Assembly: GCA_963708295.1 (NCBI GenBank)
Contig: CAVPSJ010000004.1
Span: 96,001-160,000, forward strand
Source of the DNA: an uncultured delta proteobacterium
GTDB lineage: Bacteria; Desulfobacterota; BSN033; UBA1163
Direction of reading: 5' to 3'
DNA length: 64,000 nucleotides
Each line of letters begins with the position of its first letter. The first letter of the stretch is position 1. A model generated the notes under the pieces. The model saw only the letters and a program-made list of their open reading frames with translations, did no database searches and was not told the DNA's origin. The translations under genes were made by a program, and so were the position numbers. This document shows, in pieces, positions 22,050 through 34,059 of this stretch.

Positions 22050-23778
22050 ATGAAAGGATTTTTTAATCAGCTTCTCCGAATCAATCTCTCTCATCAGAAA
22101 TCCACGGTCGAACCCATTCCCGAATCCGTCCTTCGATCCTATCTGGGTGGAAAGGGATTAGGTTCTTACCTTCTTCTTAAAGAAAATCCACCCCATATCG
22201 ATCCCTTTTCACCTGAAAATCGCCTCATCTTCACATTGGGCCCCTTGGCGGATACTCCCTTTTATGGCTCCAGTCGTTACGCCGTCTTCACCAAATCGCC
22301 TCAGACCGGAATCTATTCCGAATCCTATTCCGGAGGAAAGATTACCCTCTCCCTCAGCCGAACGGGTTATGATGCCATCATCATTGAAGGAAAATCAAAA
22401 CATCCCATCTTTCTCGAGATCAGCGATCAAGAAGTCGTTTTCCATTCTGCATCAAGCCTCTGGGGAAAAGAGACCTATGAGGCAGAAGAGGCCATTCTCA
22501 AAAAGGTTGGCAAAGATTCCCGCGCTTTGGTCATCGGTCCGGCGGGAGAAAATTTGGTCAAATTTGCAGTGATCGAGAGTGAGCACGGGCGTTCTCTTGG
22601 AAGGGCCGGAATCGGAGCGGTGATGGGATCGAAGAAGTTGAAGGGGATTGTCTTCCACGGGAAGAAGCGCCGGGAGATTGCCGATCCCTCTTCTTTGAAA
22701 AGGTTGTCTCAGGAATTTAAAGAGCGAGTCAAGGGCAATGAGATCATTTACATGTATAAAAAATATGGAACCCCCATGCTGGTTTCCATCATGAACACCA
22801 TCGGCGCCTTTCCGACCCAATATTGGTCCAAAGGGACATTGGAGGGGTGGGAAGGGATCAGTGCGGAGAGCCTGATGGAACGTTGCCAGGTGAGTTCCAT
22901 CGCCTGCCCTTCTTGTTTCATGGCCTGTGGGAAAATCTCTGAGGTCAAACAGGGGAGGCACCGAGGCCTTCGCATCATGGGACCGGAATACGAAACGATT
23001 TATGCCTTCGGGGGACTCTGTATGGTCAATTCCATTGAGGAAATCATCTATCTCAACGATCTCTGTGATCGCCTGGGAATCGATACGATTACCGCGGGAA
23101 ACTTAGCCGCCTTTGCCATCGAGGCCTCAAAAAGAAGAAGATTAAAGACAACCTCGACTATGGAGAGGTGGATGGGATTGCTGAGATCTTAACGAAGATC
23201 GCTTACAGAAAGGGAGTGGGCCGGATCTTATCGGAAGGGGTTCGCCATGCCGCAAAGGTCTGGGGGATGGAGGAGGAGGCAATCCATGTGAAGGGCCTGG
23301 AGCCTGCGGGCTTTGATCCCAGGGTATTGAAGGGAATGGGGCTTGCTTATGCCACATCGGATCGGGGCGCCTGCCATCTCAGGGCCACCTTTTATAAATC
23401 TGAACTCTCCGGTCAGATTCACCCCAACCAGATTAAAGGAAAGGCCAAGCTTTTTGTCGATTATGAGGACAAGATGACCCTTTTCGACGCCCTGATCCTC
23501 TGCCGGTTTTATCGGGATCTCATCACCTGGAAGGATCTTCAGGAGATCATCAAATCCAGTTGTGGTTTCTCATCAGATAGAAAGATCTCAAGACCATGGC
23601 CTCCGGAATTATCAATCTCGCCAGAGCTTTCAATCAACAAGAAGGGGTGACAAAAAAAGAGGACAAACTGCCCCGCCGATTCTTTCGAGAGGTCCTCCAG
23701 GACACGGGGAAAACGATCCAGCCCCAGGATCTGAAGGTGATGCTAAAGGAGTATTATCAATTAAGGGGTTGGAAGTAG
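22050..23778 (+). CDS. aor: Aldehyde:ferredoxin oxidoreductase (W/Mo-bisPT family), frameshifted
   Basis: YLGGKGLG, KSPQTG, GRAGIGAVMGSKKLK, CPSCFMAC, GPEYET, DRLGIDTI, RGACH. Confidence 0.9.
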
Positions 23779-23833
23779 ACCTTTTACCTGCGATTCTCAA
23801 CATGGTAAAATTCATTAACGGTAAGGAAAGGAC

Positions 23834-25421
23834 ATGGTTTTAGAAGTCTAAAGACAAAGATTCTTCTCAGCGTCATCATCGTTGTGGTGGTGATCGAAGG
23901 ACTTTTCCTTTACCTCAATATCCACTCCCTCTCCCAGCAGATGATCGACAAAACGGAAGAGGAGGCCTTCAACCTCAGCGAGACGATCCGTCTGAGCATT
24001 CGGAATGCCATGATCAAGGACCGAAGGGACGAATATCAGAGGATCATCGATGATGTTGCCCAGAGAAAAGGAATTGCCGAGGTCAGAATCTTCAACAAGC
24101 AGGGCGAGATCACCGTCTCTTCCGATAAGACCAAGGTCGGAACGGTGGTCGATAAGCAGGCAGAGGCCTGTTATGGGTGCCATCGGGAAGGAGAGACAAA
24201 GGTTCTCCTCCCATCCGATAGCAAAACCCGCATCTATCATACGGAAAAGAGAAGCCTTCTTGGATTGATCAACCCGATCTACAATGAATCCTCCTGTTAC
24301 CCCTGCCATCCCAAAACGACAAATGTCCTCGGGGTTTTAGACACCACGATCAGCCTCGAGGATTTTGAAAAGGAGAAAGCCCAGATCTACAACCGGATGA
24401 TGATCTCAGGAATCATCAGTGTCATCGTTCTCAGGTTTCTGCTCAGTCTCTTGCTCACCCGATTTGTCAACCGGCCCATCGATAAACTCCTCGCTGCCAC
24501 GAAAGAGGCTGCTCACGGAAATCTCGATCAGATGGTGTCGGCATTCGAATCCCATGACGAACTGGGGGAGCTTTCCGACTCCTTCAACAACATGATCTCC
24601 GAATTGAAACGGTCTCGAGATGCCATCGAGGAATGGACCCAAACTCTGGAGCATCGCGTTCAGGAGAGAACCCAGGAGCTTCAGCAGGTTCAGGATCAAC
24701 TCATCCGTGCCGGCAAGATGGCTGCCCTTGGAGAACTGGCAGCAGGTGTGGCCCATGAGATCAACAACCCCCTCACCGGGGTCCTCACCTTCAGTTCCCT
24801 GATGCTCAAGAAGGTGGATGAAAACCATCCCTGGAGAAAAGACCTGGAGAACATTGTTCAGCAGACCACTCGATGCCGGAACATCGTCAAGGGGCTTTTA
24901 GACTTTGCCCGGCAGAGGAAGCCGGATAAGAGAGAGTGGGATATCCATCTCTTAATCGACAAGACGCTCACCCTGGTTGAAAAACAGGCTCCTTTCCAGA
25001 ATATCAAGATTGTCAAGGAATTTAAGACCGGGATCCCCATGCTCTTTGTGGATGGAGACCAGATCCAGCAGGTCTTCATGAACATCCTGCTCAATGCAGC
25101 CGATGCCATGGCAGGAAAGGGTGGCATCTGACCATTAAAACGGACTTAAAAGATGGATTGGCAGAGGTCTCTTTTACCGACACGGGGTGCGGGATTTCCA
25201 AAGAACATCTTTCGAAACTCTTCGATCCCTTCTTTACGACGAAAGAAACTGGCAAAGGAACCGGATTGGGGCTTGCCATCAGTTACGGAATCGTTCAAAG
25301 CCACGGGGGCGATATCGAGGTCGAAAGCGAGGTGGGAAAGGGATCGACCTTCCGGATTAAACTTCCCATTGAAAAGTCGAATCGGGAGCCGCGGAGAGGC
25401 TCGGATGCAGGGAAGGGGTAG
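23834..25421 (+). CDS. Sensor histidine kinase with two CxxCH motifs and HAMP domain, frameshifted
   Basis: CYGCH, CYPCH; AHEINNPL; NAADAM; DTGCG; GTGLGL. Confidence 0.9.
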
Positions 25422-25447
25422 CTGTGTTACCCTGATCCTCGTCCTTT

Positions 25448-26150
25448 CTACAACGCTCTTGGCGGCAGGTCAGCGCTCCGCACGACCGCGCCAGCCGCGA
25501 TGGGCGTAGCAGTGTACCGGAGCGCCGAGCGCCTCCAGCGTCCCATCGGGGGAAACGCACAGCCCGGCTCCCTGTTGGAATCCCGTAACCCAGCGTGCCT
25601 TCCGGGCGTCAACCGCAACAGGGCGCGCAGTTCCTCCCACCCCTCTGCTTCGCCGTGCGTATCACAGACGATCGGCGCAAACCCCATGCAGGGGAAGAGA
25701 TTCGCTGTCGCGTCGTCGTCAGGGTCCTCCCACCGCACCCACTGACGCCCGAGCATGATGCTCCCCGCCGAACTGCCGAAGAAAGGCTTGCCCCTCTCGA
25801 ATAGCTCGCGGAGGAAGGGCAGGATCTGCCTCTCTTCCAGGACTTCCATTCCTGCCTCGACGTCGCCGCCGCTGATAAAGACCATGTCGGCCGACTCCAG
25901 GATGGCTCGAGCCTTTTCGAGCTTGCTCCGCTTGCCGGCCAGCGGGGCAAGGGTGACGCGCCCTGCACCGCACCTGACGCAAATAGCGCGAGATCATCGA
26001 GAAGAACGGCTGGCTGTCACCGCTGGCAGCACCGACATAGGCAATCGACGGGTGAGGCACGCCGCAGCTCGCCAGAACCCGCGTCAGCAGCGGATCTCTG
26101 TCCGTGCGGAGCGAACCTCGTCCGCCTGCCAGGAGATAAATGGACACTGG
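25448..26150 (-). CDS. Peptidase E / S51-family protein, frameshifted
   Basis: IAYVGAASGD, VFISGGD, GSSAGS nucleophile elbow, CDTHGE. Confidence 0.7.
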
Positions 26151-26184
26151 CCCCGGAGTTTCTGTCCAATCCGTCGTCTTCCTC

Positions 26185-27549
26185 AGATTCCCTGGGTGCA
26201 AACTGGTCGTCGAGCAAGACGTCGGGATCGATGGGATCGAGCCTCTTCGAGAGGCAGTATTTACCCGGCGGGTCAGGAGCAATCGCTTCGACGGGATCTG
26301 TTGTGATGACCGCCGCTGGCCCGTACACTGTCCGGAGTGCGTCGCGGGCTTCATTCGCCACGCCGCTCCACCGCAGCTTCCTCGGCCACGAAGCGAAGAT
26401 GGTAGGCCGAGGAGCCTGTCTGGAGGATCTGGTATTCCACCAACCCCGCAACAGAGCCCAGGGCGCGATCCACGGCTGCCTTGCGTCACCGCTCGACCCT
26501 CCGGCGTCAGCGTGAGGTTCACCGTGCGTCCCTCCACCGACATCAAGAGTCAGTCCTTCACGGCGGCCGCAGGGACAGGGAGTATGTCCGTCCAGCCGCA
26601 CCACATCACCGATGTCGAAGCGCACCAGGGAGCGCCAGGGGTTGCCAAAGGTGGTGACCAGGATGCGTCCCACATCCGGCCCGCCATGCTCAGGGCGCAA
26701 AGGGCAGAAAGTCCACGTGGCAGGTGGTGGTCACCTGGTGCAGACGCCCGGCTTCGCACTCCATAAACACATAACCTGCTTCGGTTGCGCCATAAGAACT
26801 GGCGATGGGCGCATCGAAGGCCCGACCGATCTGGCGCCGGTGCAGGACCGAGGGATTCTCGTACGTCAGGACAATGAGGGCCGGCGAGTGCACGGGCAGC
26901 CGGCGCCTGACAATATGGCGTGAGAGCCTGGCCAGAAATGACGGGTTTGCCTCCAGGATGACCGGTTCGAAGATATTGAGCTCTTCCACCATGCGATCCA
27001 TCAGGTCGCTGCTCCAGGAACTCGGGTCGGAGCGCTCGCTCAGGAAGAGAAAGCGGCCCAAGGTGCGCTGTTCCATCGTCAGATAACCGTCTTCACACGG
27101 AAACCCGGCACACCAGGGGCTCGTGAGGATTGCCTCACGATGGGCCCCGGTGGCCACGGCGCGAGCGTGAGCATTCAGTTGCCAGGATGCCGCTTCAGAT
27201 GCGTTCCACCAGGGTTGATACCAGACGTTGGTGACGCTGATCCCCCGTTGCGCCGCTCGTTGCGACCAACTCAATCTCATGCGCGTCCAATCCCTCGGCG
27301 ATATCACGGCCATGGGGCACGAACCCTTGCGGACCGCCCGCACGCAGCTCCCGTTTGGTCAACGCCGGTAACGCCGCAAAGCGAGAGAACACGGGCGAAG
27401 CGCGCCCAGGGTCCAACGTGCGCCATGAATCATACGCCTCCGTAGAGTACAATGCCTCGTCAAGCGTCTCGCTACAGCGCTGCTGGATAGTGCGCTTTGT
27501 ACCGCGAAGCCAAAGCAAAAGAGTGTTTGATGGGTGTATCGATGCTCAT
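26185..27549 (-). CDS. PaaK-like (phenylacetate-CoA ligase family) adenylate-forming enzyme, frameshifted
   Basis: LPALTKREL, ATSGAT P-loop, SSYGATEAG, VRFDIGD, CPCGR. Confidence 0.75.
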
Positions 27550-27668
27550 GAAAGTAGTCTCTCTCCTTCCTTAGTTTCCTCCGTCTCCAGCCTTTTCTCC
27601 GCCCCCTCCATGTCAGTTTCCCTCTTTCTCCTGAAGGCACTGCGAGATCCTCATGAGCGTGACCGAGA

Positions 27669-28711
27669 TCAGCCTTTCTCACCTGCGATCTCCTTCAGAT
27701 TGACGTGCTTCCGAACCAATTGCTCAAGAAGAGTAATCTTTTGTGCTGTCCTCTTTGGCGATGAGAGATTCGATCGCATCGATCTGGGTGGCCACCCGGT
27801 AGGTGTCCTGAGACACGAGAAGCAAGGGAATGTTTCGTTCTTCGGCCTTCGAGATGATGCTCGACGAAGGCAAGATATTGTTCGTAATCACCAGACAGGC
27901 GGCGTCGCTTTCGATCGCAGCCAGGATCATATCCGCCCGGTCCCCGGGCGTGATCACCAGCTTTCCTTCCTGTTTAAACAGCGGCGTCTGATACAGGGCG
28001 TTGATCGACATGGCCCCCACCAGAATATTCTTCACCACCCGGCTCAACCCTTTCTCCCCGGTCACCACCTTTGCAAACAGCCGCTTTGCCAGGAAATCGG
28101 CCGTCACATAGGTCAGTTCCTTCTCATACGGGAGTATCCCCAAAACGGGTATCCCTTGTTTCGTCGATCTCTCGAAGATAAACCGTTTCAAAATCCTCCG
28201 GGTTCTGCACGCTGTTGAAGATGACACCCTTGAAGGCCACATGGGTCATATCCAGGTAGTTCTTCACAAAGATCGTATCATCCAGCAGGACATCTCCATG
28301 GCCATCGATCAAGACCAAAAGCTTCCCTCCAATGTCACGGGTAATCGAAAGAGGATCCAGGCCCAACGAGATCCCGTAACGCAGATTTTCGGCCCCTTCC
28401 ACAAAAAGCAACTCCTTGCCCGCGTGAGACACCATCTCCAGGAGCTTCCGCCTTCTTCCCTCCTCGTCATACATGTACCGAAGTTTCGAATGTTCGAACC
28501 CAATCGTCATATCTTCCGGATTTTCCTTCATCCCGAAAACGGACGCGATCAGCTCCGCATCATAATCCCACACTTTCTTTTCCCGGTACACCATCCGGTC
28601 TCCCAAAGGCTTCATATAACCGAATGACTTCCCCAAGGCCTTTGCCATCCCCATGATCAGGCTGGTCTTGCCCGCCCCCTTCCCCGTTGATGCAATGACT
28701 AATTTTTCCAT
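27669..28711 (-). CDS. BioD-like/DRTGG protein (phosphotransacetylase N-terminal type), frameshifted
   Basis: STGKGAGKT, GYMKPLG, ITPGDRAD. Confidence 0.8.
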
Positions 28712-28724
28712 CGATCTCTCCTCT

Positions 28725-30853
28725 TCAATAAGCTGAAAGCAGGATCCGAACATCCACGGCCTTCGCACCCCGATCATCCACCACAAGGGGATTGATCTCG
28801 ATATCGGAAATACTCGGGTTCCGCTCAAGGCGGGACTGAAGGATGGCACCCACTTTCAAAATCGTATTCACTAGGCTCTCAATGTCTTTCTTTTTCTCAC
28901 CTCTCACACCCAGGAGGATGGGATAGGATTTGATCTCTTTGATCATGGTGATGACTTCTCTGCGGTCCAGAGGGAACCCCCTGAAAGAGACATCCTTCAT
29001 CACCTCCACGTAGATGCCCCCCAGTCCGCACATCACAATGGGACCGAAGGAAGGATCGTTCCTGGCGCCGACAATCAACTCGACGCCCGGATTTGACCAT
29101 CTCGGAAACCTCAACCCCTTCCAGCCTGGCACGGGGACTGGCTTTTCTGCAATTATGGATGATGGCTTCGTAGGCTTCGATCACCTCTTTCCTGTCCGTG
29201 AGATCCAGGGCAACTCCGCCGACGTCGCTTTTGTGAAGAATGTCCTTGGAAACGATTTTCATCACCACCGGATACCCGATCTTCTCCGCCGCCGACACCG
29301 CCTCTTCAAGATGATGGGCGATGAAACTGGAGGGGACGGGAATGCCCGCGGCCTTCATGACCTTCTGCCCTTCGTCGGCGAGGAGGAAGTGCCGCTTCTC
29401 TTCCTTCACTTTCTGGATCACCCTCTCGATCTCAGCGGTGTCGAGTAAGACCGGATCGATCCTGACGGGCGGATCCTTGAGGTAGCGGGTAATAGGTATA
29501 CATCGCTCCCATGCAGGAAACCGCTTCATAAGGATCGGTGAAGACAGGCACATCCCGTTTCTTCAGAGACTCGACACAGTTTTCTGTTTTCTCTCCTCCC
29601 ACCAGGCAGAAGACCGTCGGTTTCTTCGCCTCTCTAAAATTTCTATAGTTTTCTTCGATGATGGGGGATAGATTCTCGATGTCGAAAACCGCCGTTTCGC
29701 AATACATGGAAATCACCGCATGAATGTCCGGATCTTCAAAAGAGGCCTTAAAGGCACTCTGATAAAGTGAAGAGGTGGCTTCCCCGGTCAGGTCGATCGG
29801 ATTCTTCGTCGACCCAAAATAAGGCATCATCCCTGAGAAGGTCTCTTTCAGACGCTCATAGTCATCATAGAGTTTCACCCCATACTTTTCGCAGGCATCG
29901 GTCGCCAGGACACCGATCCCTCCTCCGTTCGTAACGATCACGGCGTTTTCTTCCTGAGGAAGGGGGCTATTCGCAAAGAACTTGCACCATTCCAGGGCCT
30001 CGTTAAGGCTTTCGGCCCTGATCGCATGGGACTGCCTCATCAGATAATCGAAGATCTCATCCGAGCCTGCCAGGGCACCGGTATGAGAGGCCGCGGCCAT
30101 GGCTCCTTTCTTGGATCGGCCTGCTTTCAAGACGACGACGGGTTTCTGCCTTGGCCGTCTTCTGAAGAACACTGGACAAACCGCTCGCCCGCTTTCAGCC
30201 CTTCGATGTAAATCAGGATCACCTGGGTCGCCTCATGATGAAGAAAATACTCCAGAAGGTCTGTCTCATTGATATCGGATTTATTCCCTACCGAGACAAT
30301 CGCCGAGAGACCGATGTTTTCAACGGCGGTCTTACCGATCATGGCGATGCCCAGGGCTCCGCTCTGCGTGATGATCGCGATATTTCCCGGCTTGATGTTC
30401 TTGGGGCCAAAGGTTGCATTGAGGGAACTGGAGGCCGAAAAGATCCCAAAGATGTTCGGGCCGAGGACGCGCATGCCGTGCTCCCGGGCACAGGCCGACG
30501 ATCTTTTTCTCTTCCTCCCGGTTTCCGATCTCAGAGAATCCTGAAGAGATGATCGGAGCGAACTTCACTCCCTTTTCGGCACAGCCTTTCACCACATCGA
30601 AGACGAATTTCGCAGGGACGACGATGACCCCGATATCCACCTCGTCTTCGACCTCCCGGACGTCTTTGTATCCCCGAAGTCCGAGGATCTCCTCCCCCCT
30701 GGAGTTGACAGGATAGATTCTTCCCGGATACCCTCCCGAAACGATATTGTCCAGGATCTTATACCCGATCTTGCGGGTATCCCGCGATGCTCCGATGACC
30801 GCAATGCTTTTTGGTTTAAAAAGAAATCGGATATCGGGTTCATCCGTTCTCAT
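28725..30853 (-). CDS. ADP-forming acetate/acyl-CoA ligase (fused alpha-beta), frameshifted
   Basis: PKSIAVIGAS, LGPN, TQSGA, ASHTGAL (phospho-His), TNGGG, HKSDVGGV, EINPL. Confidence 0.9.
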
Positions 30854-30854
30854 C

Positions 30855-32762
30855 CTATGCCTCTCGAAATGCCATCTTCAGCTCATACACGCCTGTCGTG
30901 CTCCTTTTCTCAATATCAAATCCCATCTTTTCAAACAGGTGAAGCATCGGCTGGTTTTCCATCAGAACCTCCGCCGTAAAACCGAGAAGCCCCTGCCGTT
31001 TTGCCAGAAACGTCAGATAAGCCAGGATTTCCGACCCGACGCCTTTATTCTGGTATTCATCCCGGATGGCAAATGCCACTTCGGCGGTATGGGTGGCTTC
31101 ATCAATACCATACTGTCCCATTCCGATGACCTCCTCTTTCTCCCCCTTCTTCAAAACGGCAAGGATCACCATCTCTTTGGTGTAGTCGATGATCACAAAT
31201 TCCTGAAGTCGCTCGTGGGGCATATCCTTCCGCTCGGAGATAAATCTGCGGTGAAGGCTACTATCCGAGAGGGAATAAAAGAAATCTTTCAATAAAGGTT
31301 CGTCGTTGATTTTCACAGGCCGCAAAAAGATTTCTAACCTTTCTTCCGTCGTGCGATACGTCTCAAGGTTCTCCGGGTATTCCCCCCTCTTTCCGGGGAT
31401 GAAGGCCTGGTCGCGATAGATCATGTCCAACCGTTTGGCCTCCTCGATCAGCCAGGGACGAAAGTTCGGATGGGCAATGGCAATCAAATCCATGGCCCGC
31501 TCCCGGATATTTTTCCCGTGGAGATAAGCGATGCCCCATTCCGTGATGACATAATGGACATCTCCTCTCATGAGACTGACGCCCGCCCCTACATCCAGGG
31601 AAGGGACGATTCGTGAGATCTTTCCGTCTTCGGCGGTGGACTGGAGCGCCAGGATGGTCTTCCCTTCCGGTGACAGCACGGCGCCGCGCATGAAATCAGC
31701 CTGCCCACCGATGCCGCTGTAGAGCCTCCAGCCGATCGATTCGGCTGTGGCCTGGCCCGTCAGATCAATCTGCAGGGCGCTGTTGATGGCGGTCATCCGC
31801 CTGTTCCTGGCGATCACCAGTGGGTCGTTGGTATAGTCGATGGACCTGAACTCAATGCCGGGGTGGTCATGGATGGCATCATACGTCCCCGCTTTCCCCA
31901 TGCAAAAGGTGGCAATGCTCTTCCCACGGTGAATATCCTTCTGGCTGTTATCGATGACCCCAGCCTTCATCAATTCCACAATGCCGTCGGTCAACAGCTC
32001 GGTATGAACGCCCAGGTGTTTTTTACCGCCTAGATTGGACAGGATGGCGTTTGGAAGGCTTCCATACCCGACTTGAATGGTGTCCCCGTCTTCGATCAGC
32101 TGCGAAACATACTTGCCGATGTTTTGAGCCACCTCATCCGGCACCTGTGATTCATACTCCAGTAGAGGCTCGTCGTGGGGGATGATAAAATCGACCTCAT
32201 CCAGGTGAATGAACGTATCCCCGTGCACCCTCGGCATGTAGGCGTTCACCTGAGCGATGACCAGGGTCGCATTCTCTGTAGCCGCCTTCGTGATGTCGAC
32301 GCTGACACCCAGACTCATATAGCCGTGCTGATCCGGGGGAGAGGTTTGGATCAGAGCGACATCAATGGGAACCAGTTTGCGATAAAACAATCGAGGAACC
32401 TGGGACAGAAAGATCGGGGTGAAATCCGCAATGCCTTTATTGATCGCCTCCCTGACCGTATCGTTCCCGATGAAGAAGGAGTTTTGGCGAAAATTGCTTT
32501 TGTACGTTTCGTTGGCGTAAGGCGCAATGCCCATCGTCCAGACATGGAGGACCTCTGCATCAAAGAAAGCCTTCGGGTGCTTTTCGACGTAGTTGACCAG
32601 GGCATGGACGAGATACTGAGGCTCCCCGCACCCCGTGCCGATGAAGATTCGGTCCCCACGGTTGATCTGTCCAAAAACCTTCTCCTCCGGCGCAAACTTC
32701 TCGGGATATTTCTCCTTCATCTCTTCCAGTATCTTGCGCCTCTCCTCAAACCCCCTCTTCAT
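30855..32762 (-). CDS. Acetyl-CoA hydrolase/transferase fused to a GNAT acetyltransferase
   Basis: HTELLTDG, SGIGGQADF, TEWGIA, LIAIAHP; C-terminal YQNKGVGS GNAT motif. Confidence 0.9.
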   Translation of the reverse strand: MKRGFEERRKILEEMKEKYPEKFAPEEKVFGQINRGDRIFIGTGCGEPQYLVHALVNYVEKHPKAFFDAEVLHVWTMGIAPYANETYKSNFRQNSFFIGNDTVREAINKGIADFTPIFLSQVPRLFYRKLVPIDVALIQTSPPDQHGYMSLGVSVDITKAATENATLVIAQVNAYMPRVHGDTFIHLDEVDFIIPHDEPLLEYESQVPDEVAQNIGKYVSQLIEDGDTIQVGYGSLPNAILSNLGGKKHLGVHTELLTDGIVELMKAGVIDNSQKDIHRGKSIATFCMGKAGTYDAIHDHPGIEFRSIDYTNDPLVIARNRRMTAINSALQIDLTGQATAESIGWRLYSGIGGQADFMRGAVLSPEGKTILALQSTAEDGKISRIVPSLDVGAGVSLMRGDVHYVITEWGIAYLHGKNIRERAMDLIAIAHPNFRPWLIEEAKRLDMIYRDQAFIPGKRGEYPENLETYRTTEERLEIFLRPVKINDEPLLKDFFYSLSDSSLHRRFISERKDMPHERLQEFVIIDYTKEMVILAVLKKGEKEEVIGMGQYGIDEATHTAEVAFAIRDEYQNKGVGSEILAYLTFLAKRQGLLGFTAEVLMENQPMLHLFEKMGFDIEKRSTTGVYELKMAFREA

Positions 32763-32839
32763 GTGCCCCCCTCCTCACCCGCGATCATTTCAAAAACAAA
32801 TCGCTCAGCGTTGACCCCGCACCTCCCGAGAGCCCCCAT

Positions 32840-32917
32840 TTAAGCCCGGGAAAACTTCCGACGATAGACAAACCAGTAAACCAGGCCTACCATGACGGTA
32901 CCGCCGATGATGTTTCC
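32840..32917 (-). pseudogene. 3' remnant of a formate/nitrite transporter (FNT/FocA family)
   Basis: Translates as GNIIGGTVMVGLVYWFVYRRKFSRA*, typical of the last FNT helix. Confidence 0.7.
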
Positions 32918-33078
32918 CGTCCGGCCAAAGCGGGATAGGCGGGCTTAAGGGGCACAATAGGAACGAAACTTCCTTTGCTCGCATCCCGCTCGCCACTGCG
33001 TGCCCGGGAAGCTCTTCGACAAGCTCAGAGCCGCGAGCCTTGTCGAACGGCCCCGCTCTGTGCGGCGGGGAGCTTCAC
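32918..33078. mobile_element. Composite palindromic MITE/REP-like element
   Basis: CCCCGCTCTGTGCGGCGGGG hairpin; nested CTTCGACAAGCTCAG..TTGTCGAA unit; abuts the FNT truncation. Confidence 0.5.
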
Positions 33079-34038
33079 ATTTCTCATGAATTCAGCCAGA
33101 CGATTCTCACCGTCCCCTTCCGTTTCAAACCCCACCACGCCCAGAAGATAAAACCCTTTCTGAACCACCATGACCTTTCCCCGATAAGGGTCTTCCCCTT
33201 TCAAGGCCCGGGCCCCCAATCCAATGGAGCCTCCGGATAGGGCTTTTCCTTTTTTAGAAAGCTCTTCTCTATAAACCTTTAAGGCGCTCGACGCTTCCTG
33301 AGGATTTTTGAAAATGGCCAGGAAAAGTTTGAATTCTTTCTGCCCGGTTTTTGTTACCGCTTTATCCTCAACCTCAGTCTTGACCTCAACCTCGCCTTTT
33401 TTCTCATCCTCAGCCCTTTCCACATAGGTCGCCTGGAAGCCTCTCTTCAGGAATCGATATCCCAAGAGACCCTCTGGGAAATATTGGATAAGGCCCGGGT
33501 TGAGTCCCTCTCTTGGAAAGTAGCGAATTTCCCTGGGAGGAGGCGAAGGGTCGGATATTTTTGACGAAATAAGCTCAGAGAATTGTCTTAAGGTTTCTCG
33601 ATTGGGTTCTGGAGCATGGAGCATCACAAAATACCTGCCCTGATAGAAAAAAGCGGAATGCTCGTCAAGAAAGGAATCCAATCCGAATCCCCCGGGACGA
33701 TCTTCATTTCTGAATCTCGAGAAGATCCCGAAGGCTTGAAGGACATTCCCCAGATCATAAATGTCGAGTTCGATTTGGTTCTGACGGTCCTCCCTGTTCT
33801 GATAGACGGCAAAAACCGAATTTTGAAATCCGTATTTAAGAAAAAGTTCGGCTTCCCCGTCGATGTGCTCGAAGAGAGTCTTCTTCGTAAAGATTTGAGG
33901 GCCTTCGACCCTTGCCCATTCTTTGGGAAGGCCTTTCATTGGGAGAAGAGACTCCAAGGTCGCCGCTCCTAAAGGTCCCTCGACCCCTAGAAAGATCCCT
34001 GTCAAAACCAGAAGGATGATCCACTTTCGATAAACCAT
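33025..34038 (-). CDS. Secreted hypothetical protein (DUF6599-like)
   Basis: Signal peptide; LFEHIDGEAELFLKYGF; DIYDLG..AFGIFS. Confidence 0.7.
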   Translation of the reverse strand: MVYRKWIILLVLTGIFLGVEGPLGAATLESLLPMKGLPKEWARVEGPQIFTKKTLFEHIDGEAELFLKYGFQNSVFAVYQNREDRQNQIELDIYDLGNVLQAFGIFSRFRNEDRPGGFGLDSFLDEHSAFFYQGRYFVMLHAPEPNRETLRQFSELISSKISDPSPPPREIRYFPREGLNPGLIQYFPEGLLGYRFLKRGFQATYVERAEDEKKGEVEVKTEVEDKAVTKTGQKEFKLFLAIFKNPQEASSALKVYREELSKKGKALSGGSIGLGARALKGEDPYRGKVMVVQKGFYLLGVVGFETEGDGENRLAEFMRNVKLPAAQSGAVRQGSRL

Positions 34039-34059
34039 AACTTCACTCTCTCGCCTCTT

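Noticed and set aside
25129-25131. TGA in the kinase as possible selenocysteine
   Set aside because: The domain continues in a different frame, so this is an indel; no Cys is expected here
1-30853. Dense frameshifts suggesting mass pseudogenisation or programmed frameshifting
   Set aside because: They affect unrelated genes whose motifs are intact, and in-frame nonsense codons are scarce; this fits long-read indel error. Read polishing would confirm.
32918-32985. Possible group II intron remnant (CCTATCCCG resembles a domain VI end)
   Set aside because: No domain V and no RT ORF; better explained as part of a palindromic element
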